This document shows positions 32,362-41,545 of a DNA stretch of 64,000 nucleotides, piece by piece (the stretch's first letter is position 1; each line of letters starts with the position of its first letter). The stretch is from Ignavibacteriota bacterium (GTDB lineage: Bacteria > Bacteroidota > Ignavibacteria > UBA10030 > UBA6906), in the NCBI GenBank assembly GCA_963801355.1, contig CAWDEM010000004.1, forward strand, positions 1,184,001 through 1,248,000. Reading direction: 5' to 3'. A program made the position numbers and the translations under genes. A model generated the notes under the pieces. That model was not told the origin of the DNA, searched no databases, and worked only from the letters and a program-made list of their open reading frames with translations.

Positions 32362-33381
32362 ATGAAAACATTCAACACGCTCATGCGTTGCGTCATGGTG
32401 GTCCTACTTGTGGCTGCCACGGCGGATGCACAGACCAACAAGGCCGGTCTGACGGGTGCTTCGTTTCTGAAGATCGACGTCGGTGCGCGGGAAGCGGCTC
32501 TTGCCACCGCCGTGACCGGCCTGACGGGAGACGCTAACCTGATGTTCTACAATCCGGCCGGCATCGCCCTGAAAAGTGATCAAATGGGGCAAGCATCATT
32601 CAACTACAACAAATGGATCGCTGACCTCAACCACAACAGCGCGGCGATCACCTACAACTGGCCGGACGTCGGGACCATCGGTGTGGGGGCTATCATGTTC
32701 GGAGTCTCGGACATCGTCGCTGACCGCGATGTCTACACTGACCCGGTCCTTGCAGCCATGCAGATTGACCAGAACACCTCGGCGACGTATAACTACCGCG
32801 ATATGGCTGTCCAGCTTTCCTACGCGCGGTACGTCATGGACAACTTCTCCCTCGGTCTGACGGTGAAGGGGATCTTCGAGTCTGTCGACGGGGAGAACAT
32901 CAGTGCATTCGCGGTCGACTTCGGTTCGGTCTACAACATCGGCGTCATGGACTGGACCATAGCCGCACGGTTCAACAACCTGGGCTCGGATCTGAAGTAC
33001 TATGATATCGGGTTCGGTCTCCCCATGTCGTTCACCATTGGCACGGCGATTACACCGGTGACCATGGAGAAGAGCAAGCTGACGGTGGCGGTAGATGCCG
33101 TGAAGACGCAGGACGGCCCGCAATACTTCTTTGCGGGTGGCGAATTGACGCTGGTCAACGTGATTGCTCTCCGCGGCGGCTACAAGTTCAACTATACGGG
33201 CACCGACGACGGCGGCACCAGCAGCAGGACGGCAATCAACAACACGATCGAAGGCTTCACGGCAGGCGCCGGTCTGATGGGCGACTTCGCGGGCATGAAG
33301 ATCGGCGTGGACTACGCGTACACGAAGATGGACTTGCTGGACAACGTGCACCGCTTCTCGTTGAAGATTGGCTTGAAGTAA
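32362..33381 (+). CDS. PorV/PorQ-like (UPF0164) outer-membrane beta-barrel
   Basis: Signal peptide; FLKIDVGAREAAL, FYNPAG, AFAVDFG, NLGSDLKY, ALRGGY and VDYAY...HRFSL motifs. Confidence 0.88.
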   Translation: MKTFNTLMRCVMVVLLVAATADAQTNKAGLTGASFLKIDVGAREAALATAVTGLTGDANLMFYNPAGIALKSDQMGQASFNYNKWIADLNHNSAAITYNWPDVGTIGVGAIMFGVSDIVADRDVYTDPVLAAMQIDQNTSATYNYRDMAVQLSYARYVMDNFSLGLTVKGIFESVDGENISAFAVDFGSVYNIGVMDWTIAARFNNLGSDLKYYDIGFGLPMSFTIGTAITPVTMEKSKLTVAVDAVKTQDGPQYFFAGGELTLVNVIALRGGYKFNYTGTDDGGTSSRTAINNTIEGFTAGAGLMGDFAGMKIGVDYAYTKMDLLDNVHRFSLKIGLK

Positions 33382-33425
33382 CCCCGGATGAGCACCCGAC
33401 CTCCGAACAAAGGCGGGTGATTGTC

Positions 33426-33574
33426 CCACCGTCCTGAGTGGAGCAAAAAGACGGTGGTCTTTGAGAGGGGGGTAGTCTCCTTGCGGGAGTCACGCGAACT
33501 ATTGAAACGTGTACCCTGAGGTGATTACCCCCCCCTTTCATTATCAATTGTGGAGGTGGATCCACCATCCACAA
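33426..33574 (+). other. Structured intergenic region (three stem-loops)
   Basis: CCACCGTC/GACGGTGG hairpin (33426-33457); multi-branched stem 33462-33540; palindrome TTGTGGA-GGTGGATCCACC-A-TCCACAA (33548-33574). Confidence 0.55.
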
Positions 33575-33601
33575 CGGATATGACCGAGAGAGGATCCCAT
33601 C

Positions 33602-34652
33602 GTGCTGACCACGTCGAAAGCACCCCTGCCCCTGCTCCCCACAACCGTCATCGGCAGCTATCCGTTTCCCAGATGGCTTGAAACCGTCCGCGATCTCGGC
33701 GCCCAGGGAAAGCTGACGCACGCCGATGTTGTCGAAGCCCACGATGCCGCCGTGCGGTCGGCCATCATGGACCAGGAATTCGCCGGCGTGGATATCATCA
33801 CCGACGGTGAGCTGCGACGGGAAACCATGGTGAACTTCTTCTCCGCCCGGATTCACGGGTTTGACATGTCCGGCAAACTCAAACCGATCGGGAATCTGGA
33901 TCCCTCAATCCAGATGAAAGATCCCGTTGTGCGCGACAAGGTGCGACGACTGAACGGCCTTGGCATGGATGACCATTTTGCATTCCTGCAAGCACACGCA
34001 ACGCACGCGACCAAAGTGTGTGTGACCGGTCCTCAAATGCTCGCCAAGAGGGCAACCAATGAGTACTATCCGTCGGACAAGGAGCTCGTGTTCGACCTCG
34101 CCGATGTGCTGAACGTGGAGCTGAAGAACCTTGTCGGGGCGGGGTGCAGGTTCATTCAGATAGACGAACCGGTGTGGGTCGGGTATCCCGCCGATATGCC
34201 ATGGCTCGTCGAGTCGTTCAACAGGCTGGTCGACGGGGTCAATGCCAAAATCGCCCTGCACGTCTGCTACGGCAACTATCAGCTGAAAAGACTCTTCACA
34301 GGGGAATATGCACAACTCTTTCCGGCGATTCTTGACACCCGGGCTGACCAGATCAGCATGGAGTTCGCCGTATCGGACGGTGCGGGACTGGATCTGTTCA
34401 AGAAATACAAAACCGACAAGGAGGTCGTGGTCGGCGTGATTGACGTGAAATCCCCGGACATCGAATCTGCCGGCGACTGTCGCGCAGCGGATCAGGACTG
34501 CGCTGGAATTCATTCCGGAGGCCCGGATGTACATTTCGCCCGACTGCGGCATGAAGTTCATGCCGCGCGACAGGGCATTCGGAAAACTGAAGGCCATGGT
34601 TGAAGGCGCGAAAGTAGTTCGTCAGGAGTTGATAGGAATCGGAGGAGCCTAG
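33602..34652 (+). CDS. Cobalamin-independent methionine synthase II family (single-domain MetE-like) zinc enzyme, frameshift near 34470
   Basis: TTVIGSYP, DIITDGELRR, IQIDEP, LHVCYG (HxC) and SMEF. The shifted frame supplies ISPDCG...KLKAMV and the stop at 34652. Confidence 0.88.
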
Positions 34653-34659
34653 GCCCGGC

Positions 34660-36863
34660 ATGCCCCAGCGGAGCGAACTCACGGTACGGCAGGCAGCACG
34701 CTGCGCTTCGCCGGATTGTCATCCGGCAATCGGATCCCGCTGTGTGCCGGACAGTCGCAGAAGCGTGGCGCGAGAGCCTCTCGCCGGAGGCGGAGATTGC
34801 CGTCAGTGCAGAACCTCCTGCGGCTGAGGCAGGCACACTCGTCATTCGGGTGGGTGGCCCACGACAGTCTCCTGCAGAGGGGAAACTGGTCTGGCCGGCG
34901 AATCACGCAGTGGAATTGCAGGCAACACACGCCACCGCTCTCTTCCCGCTTTTCTCCATGATCGCAGAGGACTGGATTGACAGCCCGGTCCCAGGGCTGG
35001 CGGAACCCTTGACGTACCGTCCGGCCTTCCCCTGGTTGCGCAATCTCAATGACTTTTTCGTCGGCAGTCTGCGAACGGCACGGGGATTTGACCGCGAGGC
35101 CTTCGTGCGACAACTCGCACGGGCGGGATTTACGCATGTGACGGTCAACGGTCTGGGGGGACCCCGTCCATACGAAAGCAGCCCTCCCGGCGACGTATAC
35201 CACTGGTTCTATGATTATAGTCCCGACCTCGATCAGTTTGTCGACAGTGAACTCGTGCGGGGGTACTATCCTCGCGGAGTACGTGCGTGCAAATCGGGAC
35301 GCGCTGCGTGCCAATGCAGCGCTTGCCAGAAAGTACGGAGTGATTCCCGGTCTCCACATCAATTCCCCTCGGTCGATGCCGGAGGAATTCTGGCACCGCT
35401 TTGGCTATCTGCGGGGTGCCAGAGTGGATCATCCCCGCGAGACCCTGCGCCCCCGGTATACACTTGCCATGGCGCACCCGGCGGTGCAGAAACATTACCG
35501 TGAATTGATCCGGAATATCATGACTGAGGTTCCGGACCTTGGCTTCATCCATGTCTGGACCAATGACAGCGGTGCGGGATTTGAATTCGTGAGTTCTTTG
35601 TATGCCGGGCGCAATGGAGGTCCGTACTTGCTGCGAGAATGGAAGGGCGACGAGGCGATTGCACGTGCGGCAGCGGGCAACGTTATGACGTATTACCGCC
35701 TCCTGGCGGAGGAAGGGCGGCGGGTGAATCCCGCATTCCACCTTATATGCGATCTCGGTCCGTTCTTCGCCGAGCGCAAGTACATCATTCCGGACTTGGG
35801 TAACGGCATCGATGCGGGCGATTTCGCGTTCTTTGAGGAGCAACCCGGAGGTCCGGGGCGCGAAGCCATCGAAGCCACGGGAGCACAGGTGCATCTCAAG
35901 CTGGATCTGTGCGACAACAACGTGCTCGGAGTGCCGGCGCCCGTTCTTGTGTATGAAAGGTTGCGCGATGCGTTCCGCAGCGGGGCACGCGCAACCTTGA
36001 CGAACATTGCACCTCCGTCGCTGGTCCCGTACGACATCAATGGTGAGGTGGTGCGGGCCTTCCAGGCGAACCATGACAAGCCGCCGGAGCCGCTTCTGGA
36101 GCGCTGTGCGCGCCAGTGGGCGGGTGAGATGCATATGGCCCGGCTGCTGCGCGTCTGGTCGCTGTCCGACGCAGCTGTCCGCGCGTACCCACCGACTATC
36201 CCCATGAGCACGTTCGGGTTTCCATGGTTTCGCCTCTGGGTGCGTCCCTTCGTGCCAAACATCGACGCCATCCCTGAAGGGGAACGGGCCTACTACGAAA
36301 AGTTCCTCCTGGCAACGTTCAACAATCCGGCACGTGTCGATCTCAACAATGACATGATGTGGAACTTTCTGACCGTCGAGCAAGCAGGCGGGCTGCGGCA
36401 GGAGATTGATCAGAAGGTGCTTCCCCCGCTCACCGGGGCGATCCTGCTCTGTCACGAGCTTCTGCAGGGAACGCACGCCACGGACCAGGTGCCCCCTGTG
36501 TTTCCAGATCTGCAGGACCGGCTTCGCGCCGCACGGTGCTACTACACCACGATGCGCAACACGGTTGCATGGACGGAATCGGTGCACGGCTATCTTCAAG
36601 CCACGACAGAGACGGAGAAAACGCAGTTCAGATCTCTCTGTGATGCAATGGTTGCCGGAGAACTCGCGAACACCCGGGACCTTCTCACGCTCTGGCAGCA
36701 TTCGGCAGGATCCTGGATGCCGGTATCCGCGCTCGGCGAATCCCTGCATCTGTACGGTGAGAACTTCGGTGACCTCCTGGGGCACAAGATTGCGTTGATG
36801 GAGCGCCATGTCCATGATGAGCCGTATATCGATCCCCAGTACATGTGGCGGATGAAAAACTGA
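34660..36863 (+). CDS. Cytoplasmic hypothetical protein, possibly TIM-barrel glycosidase-like (frameshifts near 34665 and 35272)
   Basis: ORFs 34742-35503 and 35211-36863 join at RGYYP/AEYVRAN; ARAGFTHVTVN, PAVQKHYRELI and WTNDSGAGF segments; no signal peptide seen. Confidence 0.6.
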
Positions 36864-36897
36864 CCCGGAGTCTTCCATATACTCAAGAGGAGATATC

Positions 36898-37698
36898 ATG
36901 TTGTACGACGACACCTTTCCATTGCTTGAAGAGCAGATACGCTTCTACGAGGAGAACGGATATATCCAGCTGCACAACGTTTTGACGCGTGAAGAAGTCG
37001 TCGCACTGCGGTCGGCTGTGGAGGTCGCCGCCGAGGACCGGAAACGCCTGCAGGAGAACTGGGGGCCCAGGGGAGATGAAGGATATGCCAAGGTCTTCCT
37101 GCAGATGGTGAATGTCTGGGAGCGGTATCCCGCCATTGAAGAGTACACGCTCAGTCCGCGTATCGGGGACATCGCCCGTCAGCTCACCCGGTCGCCGTAC
37201 GTCCGCCTCTGGCATGACCACGCGTTGATCAAGTACCCGAAAGACAGCAAGGCGACGGCGTGGCACCAGGACAAGGTCTACTGGCCGATGAAGGAAAACG
37301 GGGCGCTCTCGTGCTGGATGGCGCTCGACGATGTCACCGTGCAAAACGGGTGCATGTGGTTCCTCCCCGGTTCGCATGTGCTGGGTCCGCTGGATCCTGT
37401 CGATCTGGGCACGGCAGACGAACAGAGTCTGCTGCGTGTGCTTCCGGAATCCATGAAGCATGTCCGTCCGGTGGTCATGGAGATGAAAGCCGGGAGCTGC
37501 ACATTCCATCACGGACTGACGTTCCACTATGCCGGGCCGAATGTTACGGATGGACCCCGCCGCGCGATGGTAACGATCTTCATGCCCGCGGGCACGCATT
37601 ACAGGAAGCAAGAACACATCGTCGGCGACAGGGGAAACCTTGCGGATGGCGAGGAATTCCACGGACCGCTTTTCCCGTTTATCGGGCGGGGGATGTAA
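36898..37698 (+). CDS. PhyH-family Fe(II)/2-oxoglutarate dioxygenase
   Basis: FYEENGY, WHQD, WMALDD...NGCM..PGSH, and HHGLTFH...N...PRR; GAGGAG RBS. Confidence 0.92.
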   Translation: MLYDDTFPLLEEQIRFYEENGYIQLHNVLTREEVVALRSAVEVAAEDRKRLQENWGPRGDEGYAKVFLQMVNVWERYPAIEEYTLSPRIGDIARQLTRSPYVRLWHDHALIKYPKDSKATAWHQDKVYWPMKENGALSCWMALDDVTVQNGCMWFLPGSHVLGPLDPVDLGTADEQSLLRVLPESMKHVRPVVMEMKAGSCTFHHGLTFHYAGPNVTDGPRRAMVTIFMPAGTHYRKQEHIVGDRGNLADGEEFHGPLFPFIGRGM

Positions 37699-37705
37699 TA
37701 CCCTC

Positions 37706-39295
37706 ATGACGACGAGAGTCACATCATTGCATACCGGCGATCCCCGGCTGGACGAGCTGCTTCCCCGGATCAAGGGCTTTCTGGATCAGGATGTGTCGGA
37801 AATGAACGCGCTGGGTTCGCGCGTGCGGGGGTACCGGTCACCGGACGGACCGAGTCTCTGGCTCCGGGATCACACAGACATGATGCGCGGGTTCCGGTAC
37901 TGGGAGCGCGACATGACGAGCATGATCGAGCACTTCGCCGAGACACAGACCGCGCGCGGGTGGCTCTTCGACTATTTCACGCTCACTCCCGACAAACTTC
38001 CCTGTGAGCGGGAGAACTGGGCAAAGTATGTCAGGGTGCCGGTGGAAGCGGACGTCGAGTACAGGTTCATCAACGGCATCTACCTGGCCTGGCAGGCGAC
38101 CGGGGACGACGGGTGGCTGCGACGCATGCTGCCGCACGCCGAGCGGGCCCTTGCGTACATTTTCAACGATCCCTGGCGGTGGGATCCGCGGCACAAGCTT
38201 GTCAAACGTGCCTACACGATCGACACATGGGACTTTGACTACACCGCCGGGCGGCATCCATGGCTGAACTTCCAGATTACCGATGAGACATTCTGGGGGA
38301 TCATGCACGGCGACAACTCGGGCTATTACGAAGCCTGCCTGCGGCTTGCCGTGCTCCTCGACAGGGTGCGGATGAACAAGCGAGCGGCATACTGGCGGCG
38401 CTTTGCTGCCGGTCTTCGCCGCCGGACAAATGCTCTCTGTTTCAACGGGCGGTTCTACACCCATCATGTGCCCCTTGTGCCGGTCACGGTTCCCGGGGTT
38501 GACACAGGCGCGCAGCTCAGCCTGAGCAACCCGATGGACATCAACCGCGGTCTGGCGACCCACGCAATGGCCACCGCGATCATCAAGGAATATCGGAACC
38601 GCGGAAAGGCGACCGGCGCGTTTGCGGAATGGTTCAGCATCGACCCGCCGTTTCCGGACGGGATCTACGGTGACGAGAAGATCGTCGCGGGGGCCTACTG
38701 CAACGGCGGGATCATGCCGCTGGTGGGCGGCGAACTCGCCCGGGCGGCATTCGAGCACGGATGTGAATCCTACGGCGTCGAGCAGCTGTACAAATACCAT
38801 GAACTGACAAAAGCCAACGAAACCTACCTCTGGTATTTCCCGGATGGCCGTCATGCCACCCGCGAAACCAGCACCAGTCCGGAGGCCTATCCTACGGACG
38901 GGTGGGGTTCGTCCGCCATGCTGTACGCATTGATCGAAGGGCTCGCTGGTGTTGTCGACGCCGGGGCATGCTTCCGGCGCGTGAAGCTTTCTCCGCGATG
39001 GTTGGCTGCGGGGCGGGATGATGCCGAGGTGGTGGCGGCATACGGTGTCAGCGGAGCTTCATGCAGCTATCAGTATCGTCATGATGCCGCACGGTCCATG
39101 ATGACATTGGAGGTGACCGGCATCGGAGAGGTTCAGCTGCACCTGTTGTTGCCAAAGGGTGCCCGTGTTGCCGGTGTCCGGGTGAACAGGCGGGCCGTCG
39201 CGGCACGTGCTGCCACCGTTGAACAGAGTTCGTATGCCGACGCCGGTTTTGCACTGCGGGGCAATGCACGTGTTGAAGTGTCCTACAAAGGATAA
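37706..39295 (+). CDS. Cytoplasmic (alpha/alpha)6 glycosidase-like protein
   Basis: LWLRD, PVEADVEY, WQATGDD.WL, YCNGGIMPLVGG and WGSSAMLYALIEGLAG six-hairpin features. Confidence 0.7.
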   Translation: MTTRVTSLHTGDPRLDELLPRIKGFLDQDVSEMNALGSRVRGYRSPDGPSLWLRDHTDMMRGFRYWERDMTSMIEHFAETQTARGWLFDYFTLTPDKLPCERENWAKYVRVPVEADVEYRFINGIYLAWQATGDDGWLRRMLPHAERALAYIFNDPWRWDPRHKLVKRAYTIDTWDFDYTAGRHPWLNFQITDETFWGIMHGDNSGYYEACLRLAVLLDRVRMNKRAAYWRRFAAGLRRRTNALCFNGRFYTHHVPLVPVTVPGVDTGAQLSLSNPMDINRGLATHAMATAIIKEYRNRGKATGAFAEWFSIDPPFPDGIYGDEKIVAGAYCNGGIMPLVGGELARAAFEHGCESYGVEQLYKYHELTKANETYLWYFPDGRHATRETSTSPEAYPTDGWGSSAMLYALIEGLAGVVDAGACFRRVKLSPRWLAAGRDDAEVVAAYGVSGASCSYQYRHDAARSMMTLEVTGIGEVQLHLLLPKGARVAGVRVNRRAVAARAATVEQSSYADAGFALRGNARVEVSYKG

Positions 39296-39298
39296 TAC

Positions 39299-41545
39299 AT
39301 GAAACGACGCGATTTTCTCAGGACACCGGCCGTAAGTCTCCTGGTTCCCGCTGCCGGTGCACTTTCCCTTGACGAGATGCTTGACTTTGATCGGCCGCAG
39401 GGCGGAGCCTCCCAGGAAGCCCGAAAGCATCCGCAACGGCTCCACCAGGATTTCTCGACCTACCAGCCGGGCATCGAATACTTCTTCATTGGCAACGGTG
39501 AGCTGCAGGCTGTTGTGCAGTACATGCCCGACCGTTCGGGAGATCTTCCCCAGACGTTTCTCGGCATGACACTCATGGATGCCGAAAGATTCTCGCGGAA
39601 ATGGAGCACGTATCTCTTTCACCCCGAGCGGGGGTTTGAAAATTCCAGGCTTTCTGTCACGATCGAGAACAACAGCTACTGGGTACTTCCGGACACGCTT
39701 GTCGAGGTGAAGTGGAAGATGGTCGAGTCGGTCCCCGTGATTTCCGCGCTCTGGAAGGCGGGCGTCATGATGGTCGAAGAAGAGATCTATGTCCCCTCGG
39801 AAGGGGCGTACCTGATCCGCCAGGTAACGTTGCGCAACACCGGCGCGACAGCCCTGCCCGCAATTGTCCGGCTGCCGCTCGTTCCCAATTTCACGGTGTT
39901 CGATGACATCGGGACCGACCCGAAGAAAAGCATCGCATTCGGGCGCGGGTATACCGAGATCACACTTTCCTGTCTGGACGGCGACGCAAAGGCCACCGGA
40001 CGCTATGAAGTGTCGACGCAGCTCGAAGCCATCGCGCCGGGCAAGGAAGCTGTCGCCCGGTTTGTGTACGCCATCCGGCCGGGCACTCCGCTCCTCCGGG
40101 CGGCTGATATGCCGAAGTTGTGGAAGAAGACGGTCGCCTACTGGAAGTCGAAGCCGGTCCTCTCAGCGGGGAATGAGCGGCTCGACCATCTTTACGCCGT
40201 TTCCCGCAGCGGTCTGAAAGCGCATCTCGGCCGGAGCGGCAAACGCGACAGCGGATACTGGCAGTACAATATGGAATGGGTACGTGACGACGTGATGATG
40301 ATCCAGGGGTTGTCGATGGCCGGCATGCATGAGGAAGCACGGGCCGTGCTCCTCAAAAACCTCTCGCGGAACGTTGGTCCGGACGGATGCCTGGTCGAAT
40401 CAAGCCGCTGGTCCGGCACGGACCTTACCGAGCTGGATCAGAACGGGCAGCTGTTGTATGCGGCATGGCTCTATCTCTGCTGGTCCGGCGACCGTGATCT
40501 CGTCAAGAAGTACTGGCCGCAAATTGTGCGGGCCGGTGACTATCCGCTGCAGGACGTATTCCGCGGACGTCGCACACGGCTCCTGCGCAACAAGAGGGAA
40601 TTCTGGGAACGGAGCGATCGCGAAGGTGTTGAAGACGGCTTCGAGCTGGCGTATCAATTCTGGGTGATGATGGGGTTGGAACGGGGGACCGAACTCGCCC
40701 GGGCAATGGGTGAAAGCGCCACGGCAAATCGTTGGGCGGCTGCCTCCGCCGAATTGAAACAGATCATGTTCCACGACCCCACATTCCGGTTCATCGAAGA
40801 CGGACATTTGATCAAGAGACGAACGCTTGATGGGCGGTGGCAGCGGTACATGATACCCCCGGACCGCACGACCATGCCCCCGGGATCCCCGCTTGCCCTG
40901 AACGAAAAACCTGACTGTGAACCGGACAGTGCCGACATCTATCCGATCATCTATGCGTATGTCGATCCGAAGGGCGAGATTGCACGCGCCACGCTCCGGG
41001 ACATGGACCTATTGTGGAATCAACAATGGGACTTTGGCGGGTATGCGCGCTACAATACGACGAGCGAGCCCGATCCGCCGGCTCCCTGGCCGATTGCCTC
41101 GATCCTGATGGCGCGGGCTGCAGTCGAGATGGGAGATGACGAACGTGCATGGCGTGCCATCGACTGGGTCAGCACAATTCACGGAGGCAAGTCCGGCGGA
41201 TGGTTTGAGCGGTACGGCCCGAGTATCACACCGCCGGCTCCGCCGGTCTCCGTGGTTGGCTGGACGTGGGCGGAGGTGGTTGTGCTGATGGTCCAGCACA
41301 TACTCGGATTCCGTCCCGATCTCGACGGCATCGTCATCCGGCCGCGTCTCATCCGGGGCGTCGATCGTCTGCACACGGCCTTCACCGTTCGCGGCTCGAC
41401 CTACGACGTGACCGTGAGACGCGCAACCGAAGCATCGGCGACGGTGAATGGAGTGAAGGCGGAGGTCAAGGACGGCGCACTGAGGCTTGTGCACCGCAAA
41501 AAAGGAAGTCAAACGGATATTATTCTGGAGGTCCCGGGTCGATGA
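39299..41545 (+). CDS. Tat-exported six-hairpin glycosidase (GH15-like)
   Basis: MKRRDFL Tat motif; YNMEWVRD, ELDQNG, EFWER, GGYARY...PWPIA and WTWAE motifs. Confidence 0.72.
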   Translation: MKRRDFLRTPAVSLLVPAAGALSLDEMLDFDRPQGGASQEARKHPQRLHQDFSTYQPGIEYFFIGNGELQAVVQYMPDRSGDLPQTFLGMTLMDAERFSRKWSTYLFHPERGFENSRLSVTIENNSYWVLPDTLVEVKWKMVESVPVISALWKAGVMMVEEEIYVPSEGAYLIRQVTLRNTGATALPAIVRLPLVPNFTVFDDIGTDPKKSIAFGRGYTEITLSCLDGDAKATGRYEVSTQLEAIAPGKEAVARFVYAIRPGTPLLRAADMPKLWKKTVAYWKSKPVLSAGNERLDHLYAVSRSGLKAHLGRSGKRDSGYWQYNMEWVRDDVMMIQGLSMAGMHEEARAVLLKNLSRNVGPDGCLVESSRWSGTDLTELDQNGQLLYAAWLYLCWSGDRDLVKKYWPQIVRAGDYPLQDVFRGRRTRLLRNKREFWERSDREGVEDGFELAYQFWVMMGLERGTELARAMGESATANRWAAASAELKQIMFHDPTFRFIEDGHLIKRRTLDGRWQRYMIPPDRTTMPPGSPLALNEKPDCEPDSADIYPIIYAYVDPKGEIARATLRDMDLLWNQQWDFGGYARYNTTSEPDPPAPWPIASILMARAAVEMGDDERAWRAIDWVSTIHGGKSGGWFERYGPSITPPAPPVSVVGWTWAEVVVLMVQHILGFRPDLDGIVIRPRLIRGVDRLHTAFTVRGSTYDVTVRRATEASATVNGVKAEVKDGALRLVHRKKGSQTDIILEVPGR

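Noticed and set aside
33462-33540. tRNA (cloverleaf-like fold)
   Set aside because: No T-loop GTTCRA, no D-loop consensus and no CCA; arm lengths are wrong.
33382-33601. SAM or cobalamin riboswitch upstream of the MetE-like gene
   Set aside because: No SAM-I core (ATC...GAGGGA...GCAACC...GTGC) or B12 box recognisable by eye.
35145-36914. Long antisense ORFs (589 aa here; also 56526-58073, 43563-44873, 9914-11224, 47850-49013)
   Set aside because: Shadows of well-supported opposite-strand genes in GC-rich DNA; no motifs.
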